DNA of 64,000 bases from Octopus vulgaris (taxonomy: Eukaryota), in contig OX597821.1 of the NCBI GenBank assembly GCA_951406725.2, forward strand, positions 34,224,001 through 34,288,000, in the 5' to 3' direction. Position 1 is the stretch's first letter. The number at the start of each line of letters is the position of its first letter. The notes under the pieces are model-generated. The model was not told the DNA's origin. It did not search any database and was given only the letters and a program-made list of their open reading frames with translations. The position numbers and the translations under genes are program-made. Shown here piece after piece: positions 12,637-24,894 of the stretch.

Positions 12637-13150
12637 ATGACATCAATAATAATCAACATGCCTTTGTTAAAGGATAATTCTGCAATGGTGTGTGATAAAT
12701 TTATTATCCAGTTTGAAAGATATCTTAAACCTACAAAGCCAAACAAGAACAATAAAATGGATTTATCTATGTTAAGTCAGAAAGATACAACCGCCAGTTA
12801 CTATGATGAAATAAAATGGCTTAAAATTACAAAAGAGGAAGCTGAAGATAGTGTTACGTCTTATAGAAGAGCAAAAAATTTCATTGCCTCTAAATTTACC
12901 AGCAGCAAAAATATACTGAATGAATGAATAAAATTATATTCATTGAAATAATAGCTTGGATAACATATTAAAGACTTCATCGGTTCTCTGAGTCATATAT
13001 CAAAATACAGTAAAATTCTTATCCCATTTGTGATAGAGACTATTAAAGATGGCTTTTACCAAGGACTTAATAGAAAAGCTGGTTGAAAGGCAATTTACCA
13101 TAGTTATGCCTTGTCTCATAAAGCTGGGAGAAATTTTACATAATAAGATG
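12637..13150 (+). pseudogene. Decayed gag-like region of a Gypsy LTR retrotransposon
   Basis: ORF 12637-12927 (FIIQFERY...YYDE...Y..AK..I..KF) resembles retrotransposon gag; co-linear with downstream pol remnants. Confidence 0.4.
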
Positions 13151-13537
13151 CTGTTTTACAGCTTAGACAGAATAGTCTACTGTTTAGTGCTTGGAACAGA
13201 ATTAATCCCAATGACCATAATTCTTGTGTTGCTGCCATGGGAAATCAACTTCAATTCCAGCTAAAACTTACTTTTAGTGTTGATCAAAGACTTTACACAG
13301 CTACAGTGAAAGTCTTGCTGTTGATAAACAATGTCTTAATCATAAAATAACATTTTGCAAAGGTATCTTGGAGACCAATTCTATTAACATTATTACAGCA
13401 TTAAAATCAGCTGGCAGAATTGCTAGCAAGCTAGGAATTTTGCAATTTTGGCTCTCTTTATGTTCTAAGTTAAAATTCTGTTAAGGTCAACTTTTCCTTT
13501 CATTCTTTTGGGATCAATAAAACACAAACCATTTGAG

Positions 13538-13846
13538 TGTGGAGGCACATGGCCTAGTGGTTAGAGCAGCGGACTCGCAGTTGAGGGATCGCGGGTTCGA
13601 ATCTCAGACCGGGCAATGTGTGTGTTTATGGGCAAAACTCCTAAGCTCCACGCAGCTCCGGCAGAAGGTAATGGCGAACTTCTGCTGACTCTTTCGCCAC
13701 AAATTTCTCTCACTCTTTCCTCCTGCATCTTTCAGCTCACCTGCGACGGACCGGCATCCCGTCCAGGTGGGGAACCTGTACGCCAAGAAACCGGGAAACC
13801 GGCCCTTATGAGCCTGGCATGGCTTGAGAAGGAACAAACAACAACA
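13538..13846 (+). mobile_element. SINE family C, tail type Y, inserted in an old B SINE
   Basis: tRNA head with B box GGGTTCGAATC; 15-bp TSD ACAAACCATTTGAGT; tail contains CCTGCGACGGACCGGCATCCCGTCCAGG. Confidence 0.9.
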
Positions 13847-13941
13847 AACCATTTGAGTACTGGAGTCAATGTAATTGGCTGGCCCTCACCCCTGAATTTG
13901 CTGATCTTGTGTCAAAATTTGAAATCATTATCAAAGTATTA

Positions 13942-14150
13942 AAGGCAGTCTACTGGCAGAATTGTTAGCATGCTGGACAAAATACTTAACAACATTTCGT
14001 TTGTCTTTGCATTCTGAGTTCAAATTCCACCCAGGTCAACTTTGCTTTTCATCCTTTTGGGATTGATAAAATAAGTATCAGTTGAACACTGAGATTGATG
14101 TAATTGGCTACCCCCACCTCTCCCCAGGCCTTGTGTTTATAGGAGAAAGG
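13942..14150 (+). mobile_element. SINE family B, diverged
   Basis: TGGCAGAATTGTTAGCA...GAGTTCAAATTCC...TTTCATCCTTTTGGGATTGATAAAATAAGTATCAG. Confidence 0.75.
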
Positions 14151-14163
14151 CTCATCACATTAA

Positions 14164-14796
14164 CCCTTTAGAATTTAAACCAGTCACATCCTGTCAAAAT
14201 ATTCTACCTGTTTTATGTTCAAACTCGCCAGATTCAGTCTTTTGTAGATCCCTACAATATCATTCTAAAATAAACTATCACATCATTGAAATGTTGAAGC
14301 TAGGCGTAGGAGTGACTGTGTGGTAAGTAGCTTGCTTACCAACCACATGGTTCCGGGTTCAGTCTCACTGCGTGGCACCTTGGGCAAGTGTCTTCTACTA
14401 TAGCATCGGGCCGACTAAAGCCTTGTGAGCGGATTTGGTAGACGGAAACTGAAAGAAGCCCGTCATATATATGTGTGTATATATATGTATGTGTGTGTGT
14501 TTGTGTGTCTGTGTTTGTCCCCCCAACATCACTTGACAACCGATGCTGGTGTGTTTACGTCCCCGTAACTTAGCGGTTCGGCAAGAGAGACCAATAGAAT
14601 AAGTACTAGGCTTATAAAGAATAAGTCCTGGGGTCGATTTGCTCGACTAAAGGCGGTGCTCCAGCATGGCCACAGTCAAAATGACTGAAACAAGTAAAAG
14701 AGTAAAAGAGTAGAGAGAGAGAGAGTATGATATAATGCATGATTAATTCAAAACAATGTGAATAAATAAGCATTATGTAAAATGGATGATAAATGG
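14164..14796. mobile_element. piggyBac-like MITE interrupted by a family A SINE
   Basis: TTAA|CCCTTTAG...TAAATGG|TTAA termini. Confidence 0.55.
14302..14712 (+). mobile_element. SINE family A, full length
   Basis: tRNA head, CORE-like ACCTTGGGCAAGTGTCTTCT, internal (TA/TG)n linker, tail ending in (GTAAAAGA)n. Confidence 0.9.
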
Positions 14797-14829
14797 TTAA
14801 ACAACTAAACAGCAACACTTTCTTTTAGA

Positions 14830-15945
14830 TATTATGGCTGTGTAGAATCAATGGTAGCTAAATGACAGTGATAGCAAATTGGTGATGATTTCTGAAGGTA
14901 TTGTGAAGAAGCTTGGTATTAAGCCGTAAGCCAAATCATTGTCTAAAATGGAATTTGCTGATGGAAACAAGCTTAAGATAATTATAAAGTCCAACTCATG
15001 CTAGCATGGAAAAACGTATTTAACATGAACAGACAAACAATTCTAAACATTGAAACAAACAACTGATATCTAGTAACTGGAGTATTATCTCATTTGCTAT
15101 CTTGGAAATGTCAGATTTATCACAGTTTTAGTCACAACAAATTAAATTGAAAACTAATCTTCCAACTTCAAGTGTATCAGTTGCATGTATATGTCTGAGA
15201 TTTAATGGCATTCTTTGACAAATCTTCAGAACTTTAAACATTCCCTGAATGAAGTTTAGGAAATTCTGTGGATGTAATATCTGTATGTTGTTCTTCCTCA
15301 GAATCATTCTTTTGAAGACCCGGAAATCATTAAAATCCTAATTAATAAACTGTTGGCTGAAAGAGTAATTATCCTTGCAAAGTTGGCATGGCATTCCTTA
15401 CTTGCTGCAGTCCAAGAAGGGGGCGTAACAATAAGCATTTGATGGTTGACCAAGTTCTTCTGTTAACAGATATAAACAGGCACTGTGGTAGTAAGTATGA
15501 TTCCTAAATATCGGTTTTCAGGTTCAGTCCCTCAGTTTGGCAGTTTGAGTAAGTGTCTTATTCTATAGCCTTCAGCTGACTAAAGCCTTATGAATGGATT
15601 TGGTAGACAGAAACTGAATGAAGCCTGGCATGTATTTTTCTGTGTGTATGTGTGTGTGTGTGTAAGTGAGTGTGTGTGCATGTACGTATGCATATATATA
15701 TCCATATGCACACGCACACACACACATACATTCTTTATTCTTTTACTCTTTTACCTGTTTCAGTCATTTGACTGTGGCCATGCTGGAGCACCACCTTTAG
15801 TCAAGCAAATCGACCCCAGGACTTATTCTTTGTAATCCTAGTACTTTTTGTATCAGTCTCTTTTGCCGAACTGCTAAGTTACGAGGATGTAAACACACCA
15901 GTATCGGTTGTCAAGTGATGTTGGGGGGGACAAACACAAACACAT

Positions 15946-16007
<62 letters not shown>

Positions 16008-17210
16008 TCATATATACGATGGGCTTCTTTCAGTTTCCGTCTACCAAATCCACTCACAAGGCTTTGGTCGGCCTGAGACTATAGTAGAAGACACTTGCCC
16101 AAGGTGCCATGCAGTGAGACTGAACCCAGAACCATGTAGCTAGTTAGCAATCTACTTACCACACAGCCAATCCTCCAAAGGTTATCCAAATTCAAAGGTT
16201 ATCCACACAGCCACTCCTGCGCCTATGGCTACTTACTACACAGCCACCCCTGTACCTATATATATATATGTATATATATGCACACATGTGTGTGTGTGGT
16301 ACTGTCTTCTTGACATTGTGTAGTTGCTGTAAGCAAGTGTTACTGTCATGCAAGCAGTATCCTTTGCTTCCAATCTTCTGAGACATGTCTGTTCAGGGCA
16401 AAATATTACCTCACTTTTGGAAACAGGTGAGGGTTGGCGATTGGAAAGGCATCCAGGTGTAGAAAATTAGCCTCAACAAATTTCATTTGGCCCATACAAA
16501 AAGTGGATGTTAAAACATCGATGACGATGATGATGATGACGACGATGATGTTGATAATGATGATGAGTTATATGCATTTCCTGTGTCCCTCATTTGTGAT
16601 GTTATAAGTCAAATTTAAGGGAGCTCCCATGTCTGGCATATTATCAGTTACCATGCCTCCCCAGGAGCAAAATTTGGATAACCTTTGAAGCAAATAAGGA
16701 AATTATACAATTTATGCAAATGTGCTTTAGAGTTACTGATTGGTGGGGTGGTTGTTTGCATGGATTCACTTTGAGAGAAATTGTTAAGGATTTGAGTCTC
16801 TCCTTATTTTGGTGGCCTCGTGAGATGTGGGGATAATAAAAGGTTTCATATTAAAAATTTGCAGTCTTTTCTCAAACATAGTCAAGAGACAAAACAATTA
16901 AACAATTTTAAATTAATGTCTTAATGCAATTAAGAGACTGAAAGGCAGCGTTGTAGCAGCTTCGTTATCTGTTCTAACACCTGGTTCTTTACTTCATCTT
17001 GAAACATATATGTCTTTGGCACTGTTAGGTGCTGTCTCAATGCAAAATGATGGACAGCCAATTTGTTTCTATTCACACTGATTGGATGATAATGACAAGC
17101 AATAGCCTGCTGTAGAATTAGAAGCCCTTGTAATAGTCAAATCAGTCGAAAAATGTGTGATGCTGCTTCTAAGCACAAAAATTCAAACTTGTTAACGAAA
17201 TCAGCAAACA
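14830..17210 (+). pseudogene. Decayed Gypsy pol remnants (protease, RT, RNase H), interrupted by SINEs
   Basis: ISEGIVKKLGIKP..KMEFADGNK (about 14890-14970); IKILINKLLAERVII (about 15330); AYYQLP..TFEAN..IQF.QM.F.VTD (about 16640-16740); FHLETYMS..LGAV.MQNDGQPICFYS and VELEALVIVKSVEK (about 16990-17155). Confidence 0.65.
15735..16172 (-). mobile_element. SINE family A, full length
   Basis: Reverse complement of the 14302-14712 pattern. Confidence 0.9.
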
Positions 17211-17743
17211 AGAGCTTTCCTATTTCATAAGTAACTTAAATATGATGTTAAAAAAGCTAAACGGTATCATAAAACAGCTTCTCAGTTCTCATGAGAAATA
17301 GAATACTGTCTAAGAAGAGAGACTTTGGCTGCAAATTCCTCATGTAGAATTTCTGCAATTGGTAACGATAATGAGATAATGAACTAATATTGAATGATGA
17401 ACCAATACATACAACAAAGAACTATTCATGAAAGAATATGGGATACTCTGGTTTAGACAGACCAGACATATTCATCTTTGTTGTTGTCATCATAGTTGTC
17501 ATCCCCCACCACCATTATCATCTTCTAATGTCTGTTTTCTATGCCAGCATGGATTGGAACAATTTGACAGAACCTGGCTAACTGCAGAGCTATGCCAAGT
17601 CGCTGTGTCAGCTTTGACATGGTTCCTACAACTGGATGCCCTTCCTGACACTAATGCTTTACAGTGTGTACTGTGTGCTTTTCTTGTGCCACCAGCATTT
17701 GTGAAGTTGGCAAGTAACTTTCAAGAGAAATACTGCTTATGTA

Positions 17744-18309
17744 TTGGGTTGTCCAGAAAGTTTGTGCCAGTTTTTAAAGGAAAGAAAATGGTCAATAAAT
17801 ACTTGCCATTACATTTTTAATCAACCAGATATGAACCATTTTGTTGCACAATACGTCTCTATCTTTCCTTTAACTTGAAAATACCCTCTTCCCAAAATTG
17901 AGGTGGTTTCATGGCAAAGAATTCATTAAGGTATCTTTTTACGTCATCCAAGGAATTGAAATTTTTACCATTAAGACTATTCTGCAGAGACCTGAATAAG
18001 TGGAAATCCAAAGGAGCAACATCTGGTGAATATGGAGGGTGGGGTAACACATCCTAGCCAAGCTGCAGCAATTTTTGTCTGGTTCCCAAAGCATCAAGTG
18101 CTGAAAATGAACTTTCTTATCTTCCATTTTAAAGGGTTACAGAATTAACACAGATTATAGGAACTTAAATCTTCTTCCACGAAAAGATAGCTTAAACTGT
18201 GCTCTAAATGGAGGTGTAGTCAAATCCTATTTTATGGACTCAACAATGTTCTAAAATAAGTTGAAAGGTAAGCTACGATAAATCGGCACGAACTTTCTGG
18301 ACAACCCAA
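17744..18309 (-). mobile_element. Internally deleted mariner transposon
   Basis: TA|TTGGGTTGTCCAGAAAGTTTGTGCC...GGCACGAACTTTCTGGACAACCCAA|TA; N-terminal MEDKKVHFQHLMLW joined to the C-terminal LPHPPYSPDVAPLDFHLFRSLQN motif. Confidence 0.92.
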
Positions 18310-18530
18310 TAAAATGATTCAACTGCAATAATCAACATCAAACCAAGTGAAGTTGTAGTCATGGAAGACACTGGTGTCATGCAACTGACACCCATGCTGA
18401 TGGCATATAAAAGCACCCATTATACTCTCCGAGTGGTTGGCATTAGGAAGGGCATAGAAACCATGCCAAATCAAAGTGGTTTTAAAGTCAGTTCATGGCT
18501 GCTATTTTCAGCATGGTGGTACCTCGTAGA

Positions 18531-18912
18531 TGTGGAGGCGCAATGGCCCAGTGGTTAGGGCAGCGGACTCGCGGTCATAGGATCGCGGTTTCGATTCCCA
18601 GATCGGGCGTTGAGAGGGTTTATTGAGCGAAAACACATAAAAGCTCCACGAGGCTCCGGCAGGGGATAGTGATCCCTGCTGTACTCTTTCACCACAACTT
18701 TCTCTCACTCTTACTTCCTGTTTCTGTTGTACCTGTATTTCAAAGGGCCGGCCTTGTCACTCTCTGTGTCACGCTGAATATCCCCGAGAACTACGTTAAG
18801 GGTACACGTGTCTGTGGAGTGCTCAGCCACTTACATGTTAATTTCACGAGCAGGCTGTTCCGTTGATTCGGATCAACCGGAACCCTCATCGTCGTAACCG
18901 ACGGAGTGCTTT
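18531..18912 (+). mobile_element. SINE family C, tail type X, full length and young
   Basis: tRNA head; 9-bp TSD CTCGTAGAT; CpGs retained. Confidence 0.9.
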
Positions 18913-19282
18913 CATCTCGTAGATACCCTAATTTATAATTTTAATAATTATTACCTTTGAAGGTTATTTTTTTCCATGCTGATTTTATTTTAAATTAACA
19001 GTCTTGTCCTTATTTATATAGATGTATGTATGTCTATAATATCAATAAATGTGAAAGGATGAAATGCAAAGTATTGAACTAAGAGTGCCGAGATTCAGGA
19101 CAAATATACTGTGAGGCAATGTATTTAATATGCTAATCAAGAGGTTCTCAACCATTGTGCTGCAGACCAATACCAGGCCATGATTCATTTAGTAGTGGGC
19201 CTCGAAAAATCATTGAATTTTAAAATTTCGTTTCTATTCCATTGACTATCACAGTGAGCAGCGTGTTTTGTTGCATTGTATA

Positions 19283-19798
19283 ACCAGCCCACTTATGTGT
19301 ACCTTTCCTTCATTGGACACTAAACTCTGCTTGCGAAGACCTGTTGGGGCAAGTGAAATTGAAATCAAATTCGATGACAGCAGCGCATGACTAGCATCTG
19401 TGCTAGTGGGGCACTAAGAGCACCATCTGAGCGTGATCGTTGCCAGGGCCACTGACTGGCTCCTGTACCAGTGGTACGTAAAAAGCACCATTCGAGCATG
19501 GTTGTTACCAAAGTCACCTCACTGGCACTTGTGCCGGTGGCACGTAAAAAACAACATTCGAGCGTGGCTGTTGCCAGAACTGCCTGACTGGCCCTCGTGC
19601 CGGTGGCACGTAAAAGCACCCACTACACTCTCGGAGTGGTTGGCGTTAGGAAGGGCATCCAGCTGTAGAAACTCTGCCAGATCAGATTGGAACCTGGTGC
19701 AGCCATCTGGTTGGCCAGTCTTCAGTCAAATCGTCCAACCCATGCCAGCATGGAAAGCGGATATTAAATGACGACGACAATGATGATGATGATGATGA

Positions 19799-19801
<3 letters not shown>
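19283..19801 (+). mobile_element. Family D, long copy with internal tandem units
   Basis: 5' CATTGGACACTAAACTCTGCTTGCGAAGACCTGTTGGGGCAAGTGAAA shared with 62973; three or more roughly 60-bp units; (GAT)n tail. Confidence 0.88.
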
Positions 19802-19835
<34 letters not shown>

Positions 19836-19879
19836 TATACATATATATAATATATATATATGATATATATATGTAATAT

Positions 19880-20140
19880 GGGATGGCATGTAGCTTAGTG
19901 TTCAGGGTATTCAACTCACAGTGGTAAGGTCATGAGTTCAATTCCTGGCAGTGTGCTGTGTCCTTGAGCAAGACATTTAATTCACATTGCTTCAGTCCAT
20001 TCAGCTGGCAAAAATGAATTGTCTCATTTTGTGTCATACTGTCTGTGGAGTACTCAGCCACTTGCATGTTAATTTCATGAGCAGGCTGTTCCACTGACTA
20101 TTCCAACCGGAAAACTTGTCATTGTAACCAACAGAATGCC
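19880..20140 (+). mobile_element. CORE-type tRNA SINE with tail X (internally deleted)
   Basis: TGTGTCCTTGAGCAAGACA CORE-like motif; tail GTCTGTGGAGTACTCAGCCACTTG. Confidence 0.75.
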
Positions 20141-20160
20141 TGTAAAATATGTATGGTATA

Positions 20161-20585
20161 AAGGGCCGGATGAAGACCCTTCGAGACCCTAAGCACTTAA
20201 AAGATTTTGGTGCCATCATAAAAGATTATGTAATTCAAAATATAAGCAATAACAAACCATAAAATAAATTTTTATTTCTCAAAACGAAACAAAACAGTGA
20301 GAGGGAAAATAATGTTTATTTTTGTATACTCCCACTTTCTTTACATTTGAAAAGTTTCTTCTTACTTTTTTGAATTGCAAAGTCTTTGATCAGATCCTCA
20401 AAATTAACCTTAGGTAACACATTTGCATCTATACTTAGTAGAGATAAAGGCATCCCGAATATTATTTAGCAAGTTTGAAGTGATTTCTTTTGTGTAGTAA
20501 ACCATTTACCACTTCTGTGGTACCCCCTCCTTCCCTTGATACCCTAAGCATGTGCTTATTTTGTTTAATGGTTAATCTGGTACTA
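20161..20585 (-). mobile_element. hAT (Tip100-like) MITE
   Basis: AAGGGCCGGATGAA...TTAATCTGGTACTA termini; 8-bp TSD ATGGTATA/ATGATATA; minus strand LSLLSIDANVLPKVNFEDLIKDFAIQKSKK resembles a hAT dimerisation-domain C-terminus. Confidence 0.65.
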
Positions 20586-20606
20586 ATGATATATATGTAT
20601 TATATA

Positions 20607-20912
20607 TCTTTATATATAAAATCGAAGTTGTGTGTGTGAGACTCTGTCTCCTCCGATTTAGATTCCTAACTACTCCCACATTTTGCGGTGCAGTTTAACC
20701 AAAAACGGGTATCTTATAGTCGTCATTCATATCGAGCCCTTCTGGGTATTAGCACGTGTCTACGGTGAGTCTACGATTTAAAAAAAATTTACCATCATTT
20801 TTCCGCATTTTTAATAATTTTTGCTCGGGTTATATAAGGGAAGTAACTCTCTAAAAATGCTTATATAGTTATTTCCCTTACAAACCCGAGCAACGCCGGG
20901 CGACACTGCTAG
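20607..20912 (+). mobile_element. Non-autonomous Helitron
   Basis: A|TCTTTATATATAAA 5' end; GC-rich hairpin CCCGAGCAACGCCGGG then CTAG|T at the 3' end; no TSD. Confidence 0.85.
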
Positions 20913-20934
20913 TGTAGTATATATGTAATATAAA

Positions 20935-21237
20935 AGGTAAAGAACCCCTTTGGTCATAAATGACCATCGGATTGCACCTAGAAAGTTCCCCTCTGAGGTA
21001 CAAGTCTGGACAAGGTTGTTTACCAGCCTCCCCTCTCCAGGCCACTGATGTTATCCTAGGGAAAGATAAAGACTGATACAGCTTGGCACCAGTGATGTCA
21101 CAGCTCATTTCTAAAGCTGAATGAACTGGAGCAATGTGAAAATAAAGTGCCGAGAACACAACACACAACCCAGTCCAAGAATTGAACTCACAACCTCGTG
21201 ATTGTGAGCCCAATGCTCTAACCACTGAGCCATGCAC
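20935..21237 (-). mobile_element. tRNA/CORE-type SINE with tail type F
   Basis: Head GTGCATGGCTCAGTGGTTAGAG...GAGTTCAATTC; tail GGATTGCACCTAGAAAGTT.CCCTC shared with 52828-52940. Confidence 0.75.
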
Positions 21238-21267
21238 TTTTATATTTGTAATATGTACATGTATTAC

Positions 21268-21654
21268 ATATGAAATTACTAAATTGTCACCCATAATTAT
21301 GACCCTAGTATCGATTATTGCATTTCAATCTGTTTTAGGGTTAGGGTTAGTTAGGGTTAGGGGGAAGGGTATCTTTTTTTCTTCACAAATGTAAATAAAC
21401 CCAATCTGTTTCTTAAACGAGGGACATATTCATACGGCACAGAATGTTTTTTACCTCAATAGAGGTCATTGATTGGTTGAAACTGCAGAAATTGAAGGAA
21501 AAAAGCAACAAATATCTTACAAACTGTAGAATTTTCTCAATAAAGCCAAGAGAAAAAGATGTTTTATAAACACATTCTACCAGTATGCGAAGTTTAAAAT
21601 TTTTTAGTTGCCAAGAAATTATGTTAAAAACTGCCGTTCAAACCGAAAAGGTCC
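21268..21654 (-). mobile_element. Partial copy of TTAGGG-containing MITE
   Basis: Reverse complement of 26087-26488; retains one TIR AAAAACTGCCGTTCAAACCGAAAAGGTCC. Confidence 0.8.
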
Positions 21655-21789
21655 ACTAAATTGTATATTTTGCACTTCATTGTTTCGTTATGCATATGAT
21701 TCTCTGGTCTGTAGAAAACTGCCTTGTATAAAACCAGTCCATGGTGCAAAAATGGGTGAGAACTATGGCTCTGATAAGTCTGCCAATTC

Positions 21790-22080
21790 ACCACTTGGTA
21801 TTCCAGGCTGTTTGCATATTAACCATGGCACTCAATTTAGAAGTGCTCAAATTTTGGAATTTTTGAACAGATTAAATTATTACATGACTAGAATGAATCC
21901 TTGCTATCTCTCATCAAATGGACAAAATGAATGCTGCGATGGAGCAATATGATAAATGATTCAAATACAAATTCAAATAAGATAATGAAATGATGGGACA
22001 AAGAACGCTAACCCAAATGAATATTAAATCATTGCTTGCTGGAACTTTAAACATGCAGTCATCTCACGTCGCGTTTGTCT
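21790..22080 (+). pseudogene. Decayed Gypsy integrase core
   Basis: GIPGCLHINHGTQFRSAQILEFL...RMNPCYLSSNGQNECCDGAI matches the rve pattern G.P..I.SD.G.QF.S...FL...PY.P.SNGQ.ER.NG.I. Confidence 0.7.
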
Positions 22081-22415
22081 CTACAAACAGGAAAGCATAA
22101 AATGATTACTGTTCTTCGTTGTCCAACATTGACAAAATCACTTCCTGATTGATTTTGTTTGGAAATAAAAAAATATTTGCTCGCAAATAAAAAAATAGAC
22201 CCTCAAAAAAATTGGCCATAAGCACAGATGTAGCTGTGTGAGTGAGAAGCTTACTTCCCAACAATGTTGGTCCTGAGTTCAATCCCATTTTGCGGCACCC
22301 AGAGTAAGTGTCTTTTAATATAGAATAAAATAATTAATTACTTGTGCACTGAGTGATTTGTCTCACTGGTATACTTTGCCACAGGAAATAACCACAGATT
22401 TTAGATTTTAAGGAG

Positions 22416-22461
22416 CAGCCAGGCTAGTTTCAATCCTATGTTGGGACTTCATCAGCAACTG
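22416..22461 (-). ncRNA. Minimal type-I hammerhead ribozyme motif (degenerate, PLE-type)
   Basis: Minus strand CAGTTG CTGATGA AGTCC caacata GGATT GAAAC TA GCC TGGCTG; stems I and II pair; cleavage triplet reads GCC instead of GUC. Confidence 0.65.
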
Positions 22462-22763
22462 AGCATCCTCTTTAATTGCTTATAGAGATACTGCTTATGA
22501 ACTCACTCTTATTAAATTACATGGACCATTTTACAAATACAACACATTCTTGGCTGTCAGCTTCATTAATCAACTATTGGTATATTAACAGTGCTTTGTT
22601 TCAATGATCTTGCTGTACTAAAACAATAAATCTACAGATTTTAGTCATCCCTGTATGTAATAGACTGACATTGACACCTTATATTTGTATACAATGTATT
22701 TGAGGATACAAAGAGCTTGACTGGTTTAAATAATGTGTATGTGTGTGTGTGCATGTGTGTGAA

Positions 22764-22825
<62 letters not shown>

Positions 22826-23363
22826 CTTTTAGTCAGAAGTTTTGAGCCAATGTAAGCTAATGTGTGTCACTTCCTCTCTGACTATGGAAAAGTTTTCCTT
22901 GATATTTCCCCTTCATAGAGTGTGCTTGAGTATGTGTGTGTGTGTGTGTGTATGTATAAACATGTGTGTGTATGAGCATGGTGTGTGTGTGTGTGTGTAC
23001 GTACATGTGTGTGTACGTACATGTATGTACATGTGTGTATGCATGTGTATATATATACATATATATGTGTGTGATGTGTACATGTACATGTCCATGTCTG
23101 TGTATGTGTGCATGTATGTGTGTGTACATCATTATCGTCCACTTCTTTATCATCATCATCATCATCCTCATCATCATCATCATATTACATCCACATTCTA
23201 TTCTGGCATGGATTAGGTGATTCACTGTAGACCAAATCAGTTGTTATTCAGAATTACTATTCTTCTAGATGAGTAAAAGAGCATATCTTACTTAAGCATT
23301 TCCTTTTGGGGATGGTTTCTATAATTGGATGTTGGATGGTTTCCTAACATCATAAAAATTATG

Positions 23364-23910
23364 AGGCGTAGGAGAGGCTGTGTAGTAAGTAGCTTGCTTA
23401 CGAACCACATGGTTCCGGGTTCAGTCCCACTGCGTGGCATCTTGGGCAAGTGTCTTCTACTATAGCCTCGGGCCGACCAAAGCCTTGTGAGTGGATTTAG
23501 TACACGGAAACTGAAAGAAGCCCGTCGTATATATGTATACGTATATATGTAGAAACACTGCCAGATCTGACTGGGCCTGACGAAGCCTTCCAGCTTCACA
23601 GACCCCAGTTGAACTGTCCAACCCATGCTAGCATGGAAAGCGGACGCTAAATGATGATGATGATGATGATGATATATGTGTATGTATATGTATGTATATG
23701 TTTGTGTGTCTGTGTTTGTTCCCCCAACATCGCTTCATAACCAATGTTGGTGTGTTTACGTCCCCGTAACTTAGCGGTTCGGTAAAAGAGACCGATAGAA
23801 TAAGTACTAGGCTTACAAAGAATAAGTCCTGGGGGCGATTTGGTCGACTAAAGGTGGTGCTCCAGTATGGCCGCAGTCATATGATTGAAACAAATAAAAG
23901 AGTAAAAGAG
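23364..23910 (+). mobile_element. SINE family A with nested family D 3' end (about 23548-23672)
   Basis: Full A head and tail; D fragment sits in the internal microsatellite linker. Confidence 0.9.
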
Positions 23911-24115
23911 TATTTTTTGTCGGCTGGTACTGATGAGTTTAACTTCTGTTAACAATAGCTTATAAAAGAATGAACACTATCAAACAGATTCACTTTAGTT
24001 GCACTTTATGAAGACCAGGCTGTTCCTCAGACACAGTGGGTTATAGAACTTGTCATGTCTATCAGCTTGGTGGACATAGGCATGTAAAATTGCCTGATTG
24101 ATATACCCAGGCATA

Positions 24116-24344
24116 CTCTTACTCTTTTACTCTTTTACTTGTTTCAGTCATTTGACTGTGGCCATGCTGGGGCACCGCCTTTAGTCGAGCAAATCGACCC
24201 CAGGGCTTATTCTTTGTAAGCCTAGGACTTATTGTATCAGTCTGTTTTGCAGAACCGCTAAGTTACGGGGATGTAAGCACACTAGCATCGGTTGTCAAGC
24301 GATGTTGGTGGGACAAACACAGACACACAAACATATACATGAAC

Positions 24345-24385
<41 letters not shown>

Positions 24386-24553
24386 CATATATAAGATGGG
24401 CTTCTTTCAGTTTCAGTCAAACCAAATCCACTGACAAGGTTTTGGTCGGCCCGAGGCTAAAGTAGAAGCCACTTGCCCAACGTGCCATGTAGTGGGACTG
24501 AAACTGGAACCATGTGGTTTGTAAGCAAGCTACTTACCACACAGCCACTCCTA
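24116..24553 (-). mobile_element. SINE family A, full length
   Basis: Reverse complement of the A pattern; inverted relative to the 23364 copy. Confidence 0.9.
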
Positions 24554-24894
24554 TGCTTTTATGTTAGAAAATAACTGCAAGTGGTTTGAACGTAAAACCT
24601 AGGAACTGTTAGGTGTCAATGTAAGGGGTCAGTGAGGAGGATTCTATGGGGTTGTGCATCCTGCCTGATATAGATGTACAGTGTGTGTATATATGTGGGT
24701 ATCTTTGATTCCTTTTTATTTTGATGTGGTCTGTTTGCTCAATGGATATAGCTCCTTAGTAGATCATGTCAATAGATATAGTCTGTTTTGGGGGAGAACT
24801 GAAATATTAATAAGACAATCATTTGTTTACTTAGGCAGATTCTGGGATAAGGAGAATCTTCCTAATGTGGATCCAGCAGAAGGGCCCAAAATTT

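Noticed and set aside
13538-13612. tRNA gene
   Set aside because: A/B boxes are present, but the sequence continues into a SINE body with a TSD; the same holds for the other tRNA-like heads
21333-21362. Telomere or chromosome-fusion relic
   Set aside because: The TTAGGG units are internal to a two-copy MITE
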